Source: Myxococcota bacterium | GTDB taxonomy: Bacteria; Myxococcota; XYA12-FULL-58-9; JABJBS01 | Reading direction: 5' to 3' | NCBI GenBank assembly: GCA_036339465.1 | Contig: JAYZAY010000070.1 | Coordinates: 1 to 45,005, forward strand | Length of the DNA stretch: 45,005 nt | Shown: piece by piece, positions 28,207 through 38,028 of the stretch | Numbering within the stretch: the stretch's first letter is position 1 | Layout of the letters: every line of letters starts with the position of its first letter | Made by a program: the position numbers and the translations under genes | The notes under the pieces: model-generated | The model's database searches: none | The model's input: the letters and a program-made list of their open reading frames with translations, nothing else | What the model was told of the DNA's origin: nothing

Positions 28207-31200
28207 ATGACTTTTCGCTTCGTAGGGGCAGTGGGAATACTTCTTGGCGCGGTGACATTTTCCGCCTGTGCCGATCGGCGCTTTTTTGGCGAACCGGAAT
28301 CTAAAACCCTACGGGATTCCGGTGGGGCTGAGTACGCCGCCCACGAATTGGTGTTTATGCCCTCTGCCCAAGGCACCGCCGACAAACTCAAGGCCATCTA
28401 TGAAACCATGGGGGCTGAAGTTATCAACGAGACGGCCCCCCTTTCTCAGTCTTTGGGGTATGTGCATTTGAAATTGTCTCCTGCCATGAGTGCCGATGAG
28501 GCAGCGACCCTACTTTTGGATTCCGGACTCGCGGAGTCGACGGAAAAAAATTATGTGGCACGGATCGATGTGACGCCCGGTGACCCAAGTTGGGACAGCT
28601 TATGGGGGCTCAGAGCGATCCATGGGGAAGAAGCATGGGAGATTTCCAAGGGTTCGGACGAAACAGTGGTGGCGGTATTGGATACGGGTATTCAATACGA
28701 CCATCCGGACTTGGACGCCAACATCTGGACGAATGAGGGTGAGACTCCGGGAAACGGTGTCGACGATGATGGCAACGGATGGGTCGATGATGTTCGTGGC
28801 TGGAATTTTGGTCGGTCTACGGGCAGAGCGTCCAATGACCCTTACGATATTCATTCCCATGGTACCCATGTGGCGGGAACTGTCGGTGCAGTAGGCGACA
28901 ATGGTGTGGGTGTGGTGGGGGTGAACTGGACGGTTCAGATTATTGCCGTCAATGTATTTAGCAAAATCGGATCAGGCGTTGGGGCCTATTCCACCGATAT
29001 CATCAATGGTTTTGTTTACGCGGCCGCCAATGGGGCGAAGGCTGTGAATACGAGCCTTGGAAGTTATCGCCGTTCTTCTAATCTAGAAACCAATGCCGTG
29101 GCTGATTTGAATGACCGAGGTGTTCTCTTGGTGGCAGCTGCGGGCAATATGGAAAATGATAACGACAGAAATCCCCATTGGCCTTCCAACATAGATCTGG
29201 CCAACGTGATTGCCGTGGCGGCTATGAAATCAGATCTTTCGCTCACGGACCGAAATGATTGGGGCTATAAGAATGGACAACCGGCGGGTTCGAGTTATGG
29301 GGCCACCACAGTCGATCTGGCGGCGCCGGGGCATCAAATCAACAGTACGGTGCCTGGAAGTGGCTATGCAAAGTTCAGTGGAACCTCCATGGCGGCTCCC
29401 CACGTCGCCGGTGCGGTCGCTCTTTTCTACTCACAGTTTCCCAAGGTGGGACATCTAGAGATGAAAGCCCACCTCTTGGGATCCACGCAACCGTCATCGA
29501 GCTTGAGCGGCAAGGTCTTGACTGGCGGTTATTTAGATCTCAAGAAGCTCCTGCGGGATTTCCGGGGCCCCCCTGCTCCTCCCCGGGACTTCGTCGCTCA
29601 GGTGGGCCCGAATCGCAGCATTCAAGTTCAATGGAATTGGGAAGCGGTGATGGATCCCCCAAGCCAGGATTTGGCGGGTTTTGACCTGCGGTATCGACCT
29701 GTGGGCACCACGGCTTATCAAGAGCTTAACTTGAATCCATCGGACCGGGTTTATGAGCTGAAGGGCTTAACCCATGAAACCGCCTATTCAGTGGAGATCA
29801 GGTCTCGGGGTGAGAATGGTGGTTTAAGTGAGTGGGTTGTGTCTCAAGATGTGCTGGTGGGCGATAACGTCGCACCGGCTAAAGTGGTGGACTTGATGGT
29901 GAGCTATCCGGAGGGTGAAGAAGTGAACTTTGCCATCATGCCGGGTCTTGAGAGTATCGACGAGTATTGGTCCGGGGCCCATTTAAATGACCGCCGTTCG
30001 GAGACCGGTTGGATTGCCCCCTACCGCAGCATTGATTTTGAAGAGACCCTGTTGATTCATTTGAGTGAGGTGGTTGAGATTGACCAGCTGCATTTATTGC
30101 CCAACTCGGTATACCCCGAGTTTTTCCCTGGAACCGTTCAAGTTGAGACTTCGCTGGATGGCGCCGCTTTTGAATATGGTGGGGTATTAAGGACTGCAGG
30201 TAATGTCGCGTCTGGACAATGGCAGTCGGTGGTGATGATACCGAGGGAAGCTGAGTGGCTGCGTATTCATTTGAGCGATGCCTACAGTCATGCTTCCGGC
30301 CGTTACTATCTGGGGTTGAGTGAGGTCATGGTTCGTAAGTTGCGGCAAGACCCCATGCGATTGGGGTTGCAATTTAGGGCTCCGGGAGATGACCCCGATA
30401 GTGGCCGAGCCGCCAAATATGAATTTTATTACAGTCGTTATTTAGGCAACACCGGGGGGCTTGCCAATGCTCAAAAGTTGTTTGAGGACACCAATCCCAA
30501 GCCCGCAGGCGTTCTTGAGAATTTCACGACACCCGAATTGGAGCCCAATACGACCTTCTATTTTCAATTGAAAGCGGTGGATGCTGCTGGCAATTGGTCG
30601 GAGTGGTCCAATATAGCTGAAGGTCGAACCAAGACCCAGCCTCCTCCAGCCATTGCAGATCTTACGGTGGTGGAGGTGGGCTCCAATCAGGTGACCTTTT
30701 CTTTTACGCCCCCGAAGGTGGGCGATCCCGCCGAAGCCCTCACAAACTATGATGTGCGCTTGAGTGAGGCTCCGATTTCGCCGCTTAATTTTCTTCAGGC
30801 AACATCATTGGATGTTGATTTTTCCTACGATTCAGCCACGGATAAAATGCTTTTTACGGTGGGTGGTTTGGCTTCCAACCGAACCTACTATTTTGCCCTT
30901 CAGGCCTTGGGCGAGAATGGTATTCGGGGAGGGATCTCCAATACCGTATCGGCACAACCCTCCGATGGCACCGATGATGTGGCGCCAGCCACGGTCACGG
31001 CGTTGGCCACCATCGCAGACAATCAATTCATTGCGTTGGCGGCATCGCCTTTGGTCAACACCAATCTCAGTGCCAACAATCTTTCGGATCTGGTGGACCG
31101 CGACCCGACCACTGTTTTTTCCCAGCGTGCCAATACGGACCAGAGCTTTCAGATCGAGTTTGAATTGGCTGACCCCCGCGCGTTGCAGTGGGTTGAGGTT

Positions 31201-34200
31201 AAGCAGGCTGAAACGTCCATTGAGACCCACTTGCCAGGACTCATCGAAGTTTTCGTGAGTCGTGATCGGGCATTGTGGATGCCCGTCTTTAAGGGGAATC
31301 CTGCGGAAAATGACAGTTCCATTTTCCTGAGTGATGGTTTGAAGGTTTTTAGTGGGCATTATGTGAAGCTCCGCTTTAGCGCTCTTTCGGAACTCAGCGA
31401 TGGAACTTATGGGGTAGATATTGCGGATATTTTGTTCCAGGGGGTGTCTCGGGATCCCGCACCTATTTATCTTACGTGGGTTGCTCCGGGTGATGATGAA
31501 TGGTTGGGAACGGTGAGTCGGTATGATTTGTATTATTCAAGTAAACCCTTTACCGGCGCTTCTCTCGATGCAGCAGATGTGACTCGATTGGAGTACACCT
31601 CATCTGCACCCTCGGGGGTTATCGAGGTTTTGGAGTTTACGGACTTAGAATATGACCAGATTTATCATTTTGGTATTATAGCCGAAGATGATTTGGGGAA
31701 CCGAAGTGAACTCTCTGCGCTGACCTCCTTTGAGACTTTCCGAGTTCCTCCCTATGCTCTTGCGGATCTTCGACACATTCCAGAGGCCGCTACCACCACT
31801 TCTCTAAAATTGGAGTTTCAACCCGCAGGCGCTGATCTCGACGGTGGATTGGCTTATCGGCATGAATGTCGTCGCCACACCGGTGCCATAACCTACGATA
31901 ATTGGGAAACCTTGCCGGTGGTTCTGAATGTTGTGAGCCAATCCCTTCATCATGGGGAGGATTTGGGAAGTGGGCAGTGGTTGGGCGAGGTGGTTTTCGG
32001 GGCTCGTTTTGATTTTACCATGGATGGTTTGGAGCCTACCACGGCGTATCAGGTGGCCTGTCTTGCTTTTGATAAGAAGGGCAATTCTTCCTTGATTTCG
32101 AATATCGCCAAGGGTGAAACCGTGGATGGCACGCCGCCCGGGGTGATTTCTGATTTGAAAGTGGAAGCGCTTCCTTTGGCTTCAGGGGAAAAATTGGGGT
32201 TGGCGCTCGACGGCTTTAGTGGGGAGTATAGTCGCTATTTCGCGGCGAGTAAGCTTTTGGACGATGACGTTACGACCTCTTGGGCCCATAAGCACGATGC
32301 GGCTTTTGTTGAATTTTCCATGGCGCAAGTTTCTACGATCGGTGAGTTTAAAATTAGGACTTCAGACTACTATCCTCAATTTGCACCCCGTGAAGTCACC
32401 ATCCTCGTGAAGTCGGGCGAAAGCGACCCTTGGAAAATGGTGTTGCCTATTTCTAATTTTTCGGCCCAGGATGGTTGGCAGTCTTGGAAGGTGGGTGGGG
32501 TGGACGCAAAGTATATTCGTATGGAAACCAAGCCCGCCCAATCGGGTCACTATGTGGTGCTGTCGGATTTTGCTGCGGTGACCCCTCCCCCACTGACTGC
32601 GAGCGTTCGCCTAAGCTGGATTGCTCCGGGAGACGACGACTTCGATGCCCAGATCCCTGTTGACCGCTATACCTTAGGAATACACGGGGAATACTTTGAA
32701 GATTTGGGCGCAGCGGCCCATAGAAAAGTGATTAGTGCCAACAGCCAGGGGCGCGCTTTGGTTCCCGGTGGAAATCTTGAGGTGGTTACCGTCGACGAGC
32801 TCGAAGGTGCCGCCCATTACTGTTTTGGGTTGGCAGCGCAAGATATCGCCGGGAATGTGTCTGCACTTTCAAATCGAGCCTGTACCGTTACGGTGGGTAT
32901 TCCACCTCCTCCCGTGACCGATTTGGAGGTCTTAACGGAATCCATTGCGGCACGAAGCTTTGCCCTGCGGTGGAGTATTTCGTCTGAGGTCGCTACAGGG
33001 TATCAGCTTTGTGTCCAGCCCACTGGGTTGACTACCGAATCTTGGGCAAATTGCGACAATATGATTCAAGGAGGCATTGGGTCTAACGTTACCACAATTC
33101 AGGTTTCAGTTGATTCTCTCAATCCCTTCACCCATTACTTTGCTGCGGTTCGTCTTTTGGATTCTAGCGGGAGTTTGAGTCCCATATCTAATTTGGTTGA
33201 AGTGGATACCAAGGATGATTTAGGGCCGAGTGCCGTCGCTGACCTGTCGGGGCATGTCAATGGTGCGCTTCCGGGAGCTTTAACCCTTAACTGGTCGTCC
33301 CCAGAGGATTTCGGAACAGAAAAGACGGTGATTCGCTATGAGCTTTTCTACCGGGTTGGAGGGAGTGTCACTGGCGAGAACTTGGGCACGAGTTTGTTGT
33401 GGAGCGGTAGCGGCGGTCTTTCCCCAAAGGCACCAGGGTCCACTGAAATTGTCAATTTGAGCCAATTACCCCGCGATATGATGGTGCATTTGGCGGTTCG
33501 GTCCTTCGATGAATACGACAATGCCAGTCCGCTTTCAAATTCCGTGGCCATTGCGACTTTAGCCGAACCTCCTTCTCCTATTGGGGATCTAGAGTTGGCT
33601 TATGCAACTTCTTTAGGTGCCATCGAGCTTACTTGGAGTGCGCCATCGGCCAACTACACCCATACCCATCAACCGGCAGGGGATGGCAAGGTGGCCCGTT
33701 ATTTGGTGAAGTTAAGTGACCAGGCCCTAAGTATCGGTGAGTGGGTCAACCTCAATGCCCACTCCTTTTTAGGGGGGGCCTTTGTTAAGGGTATGGGAGA
33801 ATCGCAAAATTATACATTGACCGGCTTGGCTTCTGGCCAGGCCTATTACGTGGCGTTGATTTCTGAGGATGAACATGGCCGATTTTCAGGGGTATCGAAT
33901 ATTGCTTCCATCACTTCCCGAGACCGAATTGCACCCAACAATCCTCAAGGACTTACGGTCACAGCTTTGGTGCATGAGCCTACGACGCTTCATTTGGGTT
34001 TTGTGGCGCCTGGGGATGATGGCGCTCAAAGTTCCGATAAAGTGGCGGGTTATGTGGTGCGTTACTACCAGAACTTTGGTAGCGTTCCCGCTGGATTTCC
34101 CGAGAGTTGTGGGGATGGTTGTGTGGAAAAAACTTTCTCCAGCGACATCGCCGCTGTGGGCAATGATGAGATTTTGGTTTTGGAGAACCTGCTTGGGGAG

Positions 34201-37200
34201 TCATCCTACGGCATTGCGGTGCAGGCTCTAGATGAAGTGGGGAATGAATCGGGGTTTTCTCTCAAGGAGGGCGCGACTGGTCCGGTGGCTCCCCTTGCTC
34301 CGAGCAATTTTGTTGCGGTAGAAGAAGAGGTGGTGAGTGCAGATTCGGTGAAGATAGGTCTTCAATGGAAGGCTCCTTCTGATGTGGGCCCAAACGGGGT
34401 GTCACAAAGGGCGGCTCGCTATATCATCGGCTATTCACCCTCCACCAGCGTTAGCGCTCAAAATCTTTTGGACCCAGATGTTTCAGTCACCCTCATTGAC
34501 AGTCCGCCGACGCCTGCGGATCCTGGGGAGAATGAGTCTTTGAGTTTGAGTGGTATGACGGCGGGTGTTCATTATCAATTTGGTATTATTGCGTTGGATG
34601 AAAATTCAGAGGCGTCAGATGTGGCTCAGGCGGTGGTTCAAACCACCGATATTGTGAGCCCAGATCCACCTAGGGATCTCGTGGTGACTTCATTGGATGA
34701 TGTTACCAAGTTACGTATCCAGTGGGAGGCTCCTGCGGGTTCTGGGGAGGCCAGTGACATTGCGACCTATGGAATTGTGGTTGGGGCTCCGGGGGTTGAT
34801 CTTTCGGGGTGTGGCGATTGTTTATCGGCCCAAGTGAATGTGGTTGAGGGTGCGAACTATGACTTTGCGGGTTTGGTGGGTGAGACCGCGTATCGGGTGG
34901 GTGTTAGGGCATGTGATGAGTCAGACAATTGCAGTGATTTTACTCTTGCCGATGGAGAGACCTCGCCTATTTCGCCAGCGAGAATGGATTTTTCTGTGGT
35001 GGATGGATCTCGAAATACGACGTCTCTTTCTTTGAAGTTTGTCGCCCCCGGCGATGATGATTTTTCAGGTCGGGCGGCGTCCTTCGAGGTTTATTACAGT
35101 GCGTCGGAGATATCGGTTGAAAACTTTGGTGATGGGAATGACATCGAAATCTCTGTGGCGGTTGTGGATGGAGGGAGAGAGGTGGTGGTCCCTGTGACTG
35201 GTTTGCAACCGAACTCTGCCTATTATGTGATGGGTCGCGCGAAAGACGATAAAGGCGTGACTTCACCTTTGGGTGTCAACTTCGTTTTTCATACGTTGGA
35301 TACCCTCGCTCCAGGAATGGTGACTGATATTTCTCTCTCCGCGTATACCACGAGTCAGATGAAAATTTACTTTAAGGCGCCCGCAGAAGATGGCTCTGAA
35401 GGTGGTTCGCCTTTGGGCTATTATGTTCGGGTTTCGGAAAACAGTGAGATTGAAACCGAAGCGGATTGGTTGGCAGCGACAGATAAAGAAGTGGTGGTCG
35501 GTGAGCATTCTCCCGGCGACTCCATAAGTGTGGGTGTTTTTGGTTTGACCCATGAAATTAACTATGGCGTGGCCATACGGGCTTTTGATGAAGATGGCAA
35601 TCTAGGCCCCTTACACGGGCCATTGACCGGAAGTGTGGTACCCATCTCCCCCAGCGGAGTTGTATCCATCACCAGTGGCGTGGATGGCAAGACGGCCATC
35701 TTCACGTTTGTCGCCCCTGGCGATGATGGTGCCGCGGGGGGGGCGGTCACAGCCTATGAGGTAGCTCGATCGGTGTCGAATTTTGCGACTACGGATTTTG
35801 ATGACCATGTATTGGATGGGGTTGAAGCGGTGATTGCGCAACCCGGTGAAATTCAAGAGTTGCGGATTCTCTGTGCTGAGGAGTCCACACGCTATTGGTT
35901 TTCCATTCGAGCCGTTGATGATTGGGGGGCTAAGAGCAGACCTTCAGAAATAGTGAACGTGACAACGGAGGATTTAACGCCTCCCGCATCGTCGAACTTG
36001 ACGGCGCGAACCCTAGCGGACGAAGTGACGTTGGTGGAGCTGGATAGAGCTACGACCACCAGTTCCTTGGGGCCGGGTTGGGAATCCGGTTCACTTGTGG
36101 ATGGTAAGCTTTCTTCGAGTTGGGGTTCAGCGGCGTTGGCGGTGGGTGGTTACGAGGAAATCCGCATTGACCTGACGGATGTGACCATGATCGATCGCGT
36201 TCGGTTGGTGCCGGACGTGCTTTATTCTAAATTGTTTCCCAGGGATTTTGAGATTCAAGTGGGGGAAAACCTATCGATGTTGGAAACCGTTTATTCGGTA
36301 TCGGATCTGGATTTACGAATTGGAGAGCACGATTTTTCAAACGGTGTGACCTTTGGTTTTTCTCCTCAGTCGGCGAAGTATGTGGTGATCCGAGTTTCGG
36401 GGGCAGGTTCGCTCAGTGCTGGCGATGAGCAGGGCTATATTGCTCTAGCCGAGGTTCAAATTGTGGGGGCTCGGTTGGAATATCCTAGGGTCCAATTGGG
36501 ATGGACGGCACCTGGCGATGATCATACCGATGGTCGGGCGAGTGTGTATGAGGTGTTTGCTGATACGACGACCCTCGCTGCCGATCCCAGTAGTGCCCTA
36601 CGCTTAGCAGAACCGTCACCTCCAATACCCGGTCCAGCGGGCACCTTAGAGACAATGGTTTTGGAGTCGCTCCATGGCAAAACCACCTATTTTTTCGGGG
36701 TGCGGGCTGTGGATGAATCGAGCAACGAGGGTGAACTTTCCAATATCGCTTCACTTGCCACCGAAGATATTCCACCACGCAGCGCAGTTGCTCCACAAGT
36801 GATTGAGGCCACTCAAAATCAAATCGGTGTGAAGTTTCCTTCGGCATTGCACCCGGCAGCTGACACAGGCTATGCGCACCATTATCACCTTTATTACGAT
36901 TACACCCCATTTTATGACGAAGCATTACCGGCCAACTCGATGGATTCCTTTGTGGAGTCCGATGGCTTTTTTGAAGCTTCAATGACTGGGTTGGTTGCAA
37001 ATCAGGTGTATTATCTCGGGGTGATTGCCTATTCGGAATCCGGTCTTCCCTCCTATCTTTCCCCCCTATTGAAGGTGAAAACCCTAGCGGGTGAAGATAC
37101 CCAAGGGCCAGAAGCGGTTCGCTCTTTTAATGCATCGATTATTCAGGATTCATTTGAAGAGTTGGAGGTGCAAGGTGTGATCGAGCTTGGGAACAACGAA

Positions 37201-37893
37201 TCGACAGACAATCCCGTATCTCAATTGGTGGATGGCTTCAGCGAGACATTTTGGTCCTACAGTTCTGTTGATACCGCTCAAGTATCGGTTGAATATTCAT
37301 TTGTTTCCCCAAAAAGTCTGTCGAGAATGACACTCCAGGGTTCGGTTAACTTTGAGCATCTTTTTCCACCAGCGGTGGAGGTCTCGACTCGGACCGGGCC
37401 GAGTGCCCCTTGGACCTCTCAGATGATGCAATCTGATCTTGTGATTGCCAATGCAAGCACACCCATCGAATTGGTATTTCAGGCGCCTTTGGAAGGGGTT
37501 GTTCAGGTGAAGCTGGATTTTGAAGAGCTGGTGGAAGAACAAAGTCGTTTTCATGCGGCATTGTCTGAGATTCGTTCTTTTGCGCCGTTCTCCGAAGAGG
37601 GCAATGTGGTTCTCTCTTGGATTGCTCCGCAGGATCGTGGCAGTGATGGTGGCGCGGCTTCCTATGAGGTATTGATAGCCCTATGTGATGAGGGTGCTCA
37701 AACATGTCCTTGTTCAGATGGTCCAGATATAGAACAAGAGTTGTCGGCTGCTTTAAGCCCAGGTTCACCGGAGCGTTTGGTGATCAACCTCTCCACCGGC
37801 GCTGAGCATTGTCTGGGGGTGGTGGCATTTGATGCGCGTGGATTAAGAGGAGATGCTACTTGGTTGGCAGCACCCATCTCGGTTGATCCGTGA
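28207..37893 (+). CDS. Giant S8 (subtilisin) serine protease lipoprotein with FN3 repeats and F5/8-type-C (discoidin/CBM32-like) domains
   Basis: Lipobox FSA-C; triad LDTG (28681), HGTHVAG (28858), GTSMAAP (29386), oxyanion AAAGN; seven exact APGDD FN3 motifs and many variants; five discoidin-like units. Confidence 0.9.
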   Translation: MTFRFVGAVGILLGAVTFSACADRRFFGEPESKTLRDSGGAEYAAHELVFMPSAQGTADKLKAIYETMGAEVINETAPLSQSLGYVHLKLSPAMSADEAATLLLDSGLAESTEKNYVARIDVTPGDPSWDSLWGLRAIHGEEAWEISKGSDETVVAVLDTGIQYDHPDLDANIWTNEGETPGNGVDDDGNGWVDDVRGWNFGRSTGRASNDPYDIHSHGTHVAGTVGAVGDNGVGVVGVNWTVQIIAVNVFSKIGSGVGAYSTDIINGFVYAAANGAKAVNTSLGSYRRSSNLETNAVADLNDRGVLLVAAAGNMENDNDRNPHWPSNIDLANVIAVAAMKSDLSLTDRNDWGYKNGQPAGSSYGATTVDLAAPGHQINSTVPGSGYAKFSGTSMAAPHVAGAVALFYSQFPKVGHLEMKAHLLGSTQPSSSLSGKVLTGGYLDLKKLLRDFRGPPAPPRDFVAQVGPNRSIQVQWNWEAVMDPPSQDLAGFDLRYRPVGTTAYQELNLNPSDRVYELKGLTHETAYSVEIRSRGENGGLSEWVVSQDVLVGDNVAPAKVVDLMVSYPEGEEVNFAIMPGLESIDEYWSGAHLNDRRSETGWIAPYRSIDFEETLLIHLSEVVEIDQLHLLPNSVYPEFFPGTVQVETSLDGAAFEYGGVLRTAGNVASGQWQSVVMIPREAEWLRIHLSDAYSHASGRYYLGLSEVMVRKLRQDPMRLGLQFRAPGDDPDSGRAAKYEFYYSRYLGNTGGLANAQKLFEDTNPKPAGVLENFTTPELEPNTTFYFQLKAVDAAGNWSEWSNIAEGRTKTQPPPAIADLTVVEVGSNQVTFSFTPPKVGDPAEALTNYDVRLSEAPISPLNFLQATSLDVDFSYDSATDKMLFTVGGLASNRTYYFALQALGENGIRGGISNTVSAQPSDGTDDVAPATVTALATIADNQFIALAASPLVNTNLSANNLSDLVDRDPTTVFSQRANTDQSFQIEFELADPRALQWVEVKQAETSIETHLPGLIEVFVSRDRALWMPVFKGNPAENDSSIFLSDGLKVFSGHYVKLRFSALSELSDGTYGVDIADILFQGVSRDPAPIYLTWVAPGDDEWLGTVSRYDLYYSSKPFTGASLDAADVTRLEYTSSAPSGVIEVLEFTDLEYDQIYHFGIIAEDDLGNRSELSALTSFETFRVPPYALADLRHIPEAATTTSLKLEFQPAGADLDGGLAYRHECRRHTGAITYDNWETLPVVLNVVSQSLHHGEDLGSGQWLGEVVFGARFDFTMDGLEPTTAYQVACLAFDKKGNSSLISNIAKGETVDGTPPGVISDLKVEALPLASGEKLGLALDGFSGEYSRYFAASKLLDDDVTTSWAHKHDAAFVEFSMAQVSTIGEFKIRTSDYYPQFAPREVTILVKSGESDPWKMVLPISNFSAQDGWQSWKVGGVDAKYIRMETKPAQSGHYVVLSDFAAVTPPPLTASVRLSWIAPGDDDFDAQIPVDRYTLGIHGEYFEDLGAAAHRKVISANSQGRALVPGGNLEVVTVDELEGAAHYCFGLAAQDIAGNVSALSNRACTVTVGIPPPPVTDLEVLTESIAARSFALRWSISSEVATGYQLCVQPTGLTTESWANCDNMIQGGIGSNVTTIQVSVDSLNPFTHYFAAVRLLDSSGSLSPISNLVEVDTKDDLGPSAVADLSGHVNGALPGALTLNWSSPEDFGTEKTVIRYELFYRVGGSVTGENLGTSLLWSGSGGLSPKAPGSTEIVNLSQLPRDMMVHLAVRSFDEYDNASPLSNSVAIATLAEPPSPIGDLELAYATSLGAIELTWSAPSANYTHTHQPAGDGKVARYLVKLSDQALSIGEWVNLNAHSFLGGAFVKGMGESQNYTLTGLASGQAYYVALISEDEHGRFSGVSNIASITSRDRIAPNNPQGLTVTALVHEPTTLHLGFVAPGDDGAQSSDKVAGYVVRYYQNFGSVPAGFPESCGDGCVEKTFSSDIAAVGNDEILVLENLLGESSYGIAVQALDEVGNESGFSLKEGATGPVAPLAPSNFVAVEEEVVSADSVKIGLQWKAPSDVGPNGVSQRAARYIIGYSPSTSVSAQNLLDPDVSVTLIDSPPTPADPGENESLSLSGMTAGVHYQFGIIALDENSEASDVAQAVVQTTDIVSPDPPRDLVVTSLDDVTKLRIQWEAPAGSGEASDIATYGIVVGAPGVDLSGCGDCLSAQVNVVEGANYDFAGLVGETAYRVGVRACDESDNCSDFTLADGETSPISPARMDFSVVDGSRNTTSLSLKFVAPGDDDFSGRAASFEVYYSASEISVENFGDGNDIEISVAVVDGGREVVVPVTGLQPNSAYYVMGRAKDDKGVTSPLGVNFVFHTLDTLAPGMVTDISLSAYTTSQMKIYFKAPAEDGSEGGSPLGYYVRVSENSEIETEADWLAATDKEVVVGEHSPGDSISVGVFGLTHEINYGVAIRAFDEDGNLGPLHGPLTGSVVPISPSGVVSITSGVDGKTAIFTFVAPGDDGAAGGAVTAYEVARSVSNFATTDFDDHVLDGVEAVIAQPGEIQELRILCAEESTRYWFSIRAVDDWGAKSRPSEIVNVTTEDLTPPASSNLTARTLADEVTLVELDRATTTSSLGPGWESGSLVDGKLSSSWGSAALAVGGYEEIRIDLTDVTMIDRVRLVPDVLYSKLFPRDFEIQVGENLSMLETVYSVSDLDLRIGEHDFSNGVTFGFSPQSAKYVVIRVSGAGSLSAGDEQGYIALAEVQIVGARLEYPRVQLGWTAPGDDHTDGRASVYEVFADTTTLAADPSSALRLAEPSPPIPGPAGTLETMVLESLHGKTTYFFGVRAVDESSNEGELSNIASLATEDIPPRSAVAPQVIEATQNQIGVKFPSALHPAADTGYAHHYHLYYDYTPFYDEALPANSMDSFVESDGFFEASMTGLVANQVYYLGVIAYSESGLPSYLSPLLKVKTLAGEDTQGPEAVRSFNASIIQDSFEELEVQGVIELGNNESTDNPVSQLVDGFSETFWSYSSVDTAQVSVEYSFVSPKSLSRMTLQGSVNFEHLFPPAVEVSTRTGPSAPWTSQMMQSDLVIANASTPIELVFQAPLEGVVQVKLDFEELVEEQSRFHAALSEIRSFAPFSEEGNVVLSWIAPQDRGSDGGAASYEVLIALCDEGAQTCPCSDGPDIEQELSAALSPGSPERLVINLSTGAEHCLGVVAFDARGLRGDATWLAAPISVDP

Positions 37894-38028
37894 AATCGGA
37901 TCTGGGTTGAAGGAGAATTTAATGTCGTTAAATGTAGTCAAGTGAAGGCGTTACTTCATCGATTTTCTAGGCAGAATGCTTCAACTTTTTGTGTTTCTAC
38001 TCCGAAAGTCTGTTAGATTTAATGTATC

